From: a virus
Taxonomy: Duplodnaviria; Caudoviricetes
Direction: 5' to 3' (one strand)
DNA: 36,858 nucleotides
Virus record (IMG/VR): IMGVR_UViG_3300017913_001829
Coordinates: 1 to 36,858 of that record
Within the stretch, counting starts at the first letter, position 1. Each line of letters starts with the position of its first letter. The notes beneath the pieces were generated by a model that was not told the DNA's origin, ran no database searches, and saw only the letters and a list, made by a program, of their open reading frames with translations. Shown piece after piece: positions 35,000-36,858 of the stretch. A program made the position numbers and the translations under genes.

Positions 35000-35713
35000 A
35001 TGAAAACACTTCTAAGCACATTCCTCCTGATTTTTGCTTTAGGTTCTACGGCAATCGCAAACGAGATTTATATAGATCAAGTTGGTGATAACCTAGATTT
35101 AGACATTACTCAGGATGGAACTAACAACAAAGTTGGAACAGACTCAACTGATTTAACTTTGGCAGGCGACGATATGACGTTCGCTATAACACAGACTGGT
35201 AATTCAAACACCATTGCTGCAACTATTAAAGGTACAGACTACACAGGTACATGGACCTTTACAGGAAACAGCAACACTGTTGATTTACTTTGTTCAAGCA
35301 CGGCCACCGGAGATTGTGATACTTTGACACTTAACATAACTACGACAGGTGATTCAAACACATTTGATCTAGATATTGGTGAATCAGCAACAGCAGATTC
35401 TTCTACTGTGTCATTTACAATCGATGGTGATAACAACATCTTAACATCATCAGTTGATGGCGTGTCCACAGCACTTTCTGTTACAGTTGACAACTCAGCA
35501 TCATTAGCAACTACAAGTGCTAATAGTGACGAAGGTGTAGCAGTAACAACATCACAATCAGGTGATGGTGACAGTGTTGGACATACTATTACACTAGATA
35601 TTACAGGTGGTGGTAGCACGTACGATGTAACACAAAGTGGCGTAAATGATCAGCTTGTTAATGGCACATTTGTTGGCGACAGCCAAGATGTTGACATAAC
35701 ACAAAGCGATTAA
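35000..35713 (+). CDS. Curlin-like secreted repeat protein (CsgA/CsgB-like)
   Basis: Signal peptide; repeated I.Q.G..N units (IYIDQVGDN, ITQDGTNN, ITQTGNSN, VTQSG). Confidence 0.7.
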   Translation: MKTLLSTFLLIFALGSTAIANEIYIDQVGDNLDLDITQDGTNNKVGTDSTDLTLAGDDMTFAITQTGNSNTIAATIKGTDYTGTWTFTGNSNTVDLLCSSTATGDCDTLTLNITTTGDSNTFDLDIGESATADSSTVSFTIDGDNNILTSSVDGVSTALSVTVDNSASLATTSANSDEGVAVTTSQSGDGDSVGHTITLDITGGGSTYDVTQSGVNDQLVNGTFVGDSQDVDITQSD

Positions 35714-35715
35714 TT

Positions 35716-36858
35716 ATGAAATACGTTATCTTCGCTGCCATCCTTATGTTTGCAAATCCAGTATTTGCCGCTGTTGATGCAGGCTCAGTAGGGTCAATCA
35801 ACGGAAGCGGTGTGCTGGAGCGCGGCAAGGATGTCATTGAAGGTAGTGAAGGTGTAACTGTACAAATGCAGGACACCGCAGTAACAGCCAACGGCCGTAT
35901 GCGTATCGACTTTTTAGATGAAACAAGGGTTGATCTAACAGAACATGCTAGATTGACTATTGATGAATTTGTGTACGATCCAGCAAACGACGTTGGAAGT
36001 CTTTCGATCAAAGCAACTTTGGGTGGTGTACGCTATGCTTCAGGCCAGATAGCCAAACGCTACAGACAAAATGTAAAGATCAAAACGCCTTCTGCCACTA
36101 TCGGAGTTAGGGGAACCGATTTTATTATGGTGGTAGATGAGATGGGTGGTAGTATGATTACACTTGTACCTTCCTGTGACACAAATGGTATGTGTTATGT
36201 TGGAGAGATAGAAGTGCAAACCGATGCTGGCTTCGTCGTCATGAATCAAGCCTTCCAATCAACCATGACAACCACACGGATGCAACCTCCATCTCCCCCT
36301 TTACTTATTGATGCTTCAGAAGAAGAACTCAATCAATTGATTATCGTTCGCAAACGTAAACCGTATGATGAAGCAGAAGAAATATATTACCAACATGCTA
36401 AACGTGCTGACTTCTTAGGCTTAGATTGGCTAGATGTTGACTTGTTAGATAGCAGTAGTTGGTTGGATACAGAATCGCTATGGGTAACGGCGCTTGACGA
36501 AGCTGATTGGCGTTTAGGCGATTTACTGTATGATATACTTGATGCTTTGAATGAAGCACTAAGAAAACTCTTTGAAGATGAACTATTAAGGCAAAATGCT
36601 CTACTGATGCGTCCTGATGTAACCACTTATGGCTTTGATGCTGAAACTGGTATTAGACTACAAAAGGATGGAGACAGTTGGGTATGGGAAAGGGAAGACA
36701 ATCAAGGCGAAAACTATATTAGAATTAGAATGAATCAAAACTATGGATACGATATAAATGTTAAACAAAGTGACTTTGAAATCTACGGGTACAAGTTGGG
36801 GGTTACGACTAACAACAGCATTACTATTAGGCAGTGCGATGATGGTTGTTCCAACGAT
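35716..36858 (+). CDS. FecR-domain secreted protein (3'-truncated by window edge; absent from ORF track)
   Basis: MKYVIFAAILMFANPVFA signal peptide; IDFLDETRVDLTEHARLTIDEFVYDP and KTPSATIGVRGTDF; no stop seen before the window end. Confidence 0.85.
   Translation, partial: MKYVIFAAILMFANPVFAAVDAGSVGSINGSGVLERGKDVIEGSEGVTVQMQDTAVTANGRMRIDFLDETRVDLTEHARLTIDEFVYDPANDVGSLSIKATLGGVRYASGQIAKRYRQNVKIKTPSATIGVRGTDFIMVVDEMGGSMITLVPSCDTNGMCYVGEIEVQTDAGFVVMNQAFQSTMTTTRMQPPSPPLLIDASEEELNQLIIVRKRKPYDEAEEIYYQHAKRADFLGLDWLDVDLLDSSSWLDTESLWVTALDEADWRLGDLLYDILDALNEALRKLFEDELLRQNALLMRPDVTTYGFDAETGIRLQKDGDSWVWEREDNQGENYIRIRMNQNYGYDINVKQSDFEIYGYKLGVTTNNSITIRQCDDGCSND

Noticed and set aside
1-36858. Cellular chromosome, prophage or alternative genetic code
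   Set aside because: Host-like genes are interspersed with PAAR, tail and late-promoter features, and no integrase or att site is seen. Genes read full length in the standard code and use all three stop codons.

Overview
The window is a gene-dense, AT-rich segment of a large T4-like (myovirus-type) bacteriophage genome, with almost all genes on the + strand. The host is probably a marine alphaproteobacterium, inferred from a permuted two-piece tmRNA with an ANDN...AA tag, a hemO-pcyX cassette and a ROSE-like leader on hsp20. It holds probable head/internal virion proteins (2.7-10 kb), an exonuclease, a beta-helix tail protein, nrdA/nrdB/glutaredoxin and a PAAR protein. Host-type auxiliary genes include UDP-glucose dehydrogenase, NfuA/NifU-C, DadA, GuaC, 2OG-Fe(II) oxygenases, bS21, Hsp20, ClpS, HemO and PcyX. 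There is also an envelope/lipoprotein cluster and a curli-type csgF-csgG-curlin-FecR operon running off the right end. The most striking element is a class IIb Asn/Asp-tRNA-synthetase-like protein lacking its anticodon-binding domain, followed 8 nt later by a 100-nt tRNA with an Asn (GTT) anticodon on a tRNA-Leu-like body with a 9-bp variable arm; this is a candidate dedicated or orthogonal synthetase/tRNA pair. Other signals are a small ORF inside the tmRNA intervening segment, a probable -1 frameshift (A AAA AAG plus hairpin) at 9595-9623, late promoters (TAAATA) exactly 4 nt before SD-less start codons, and several regulatory hairpins. All calls come from motif recognition by eye; no searches were run.
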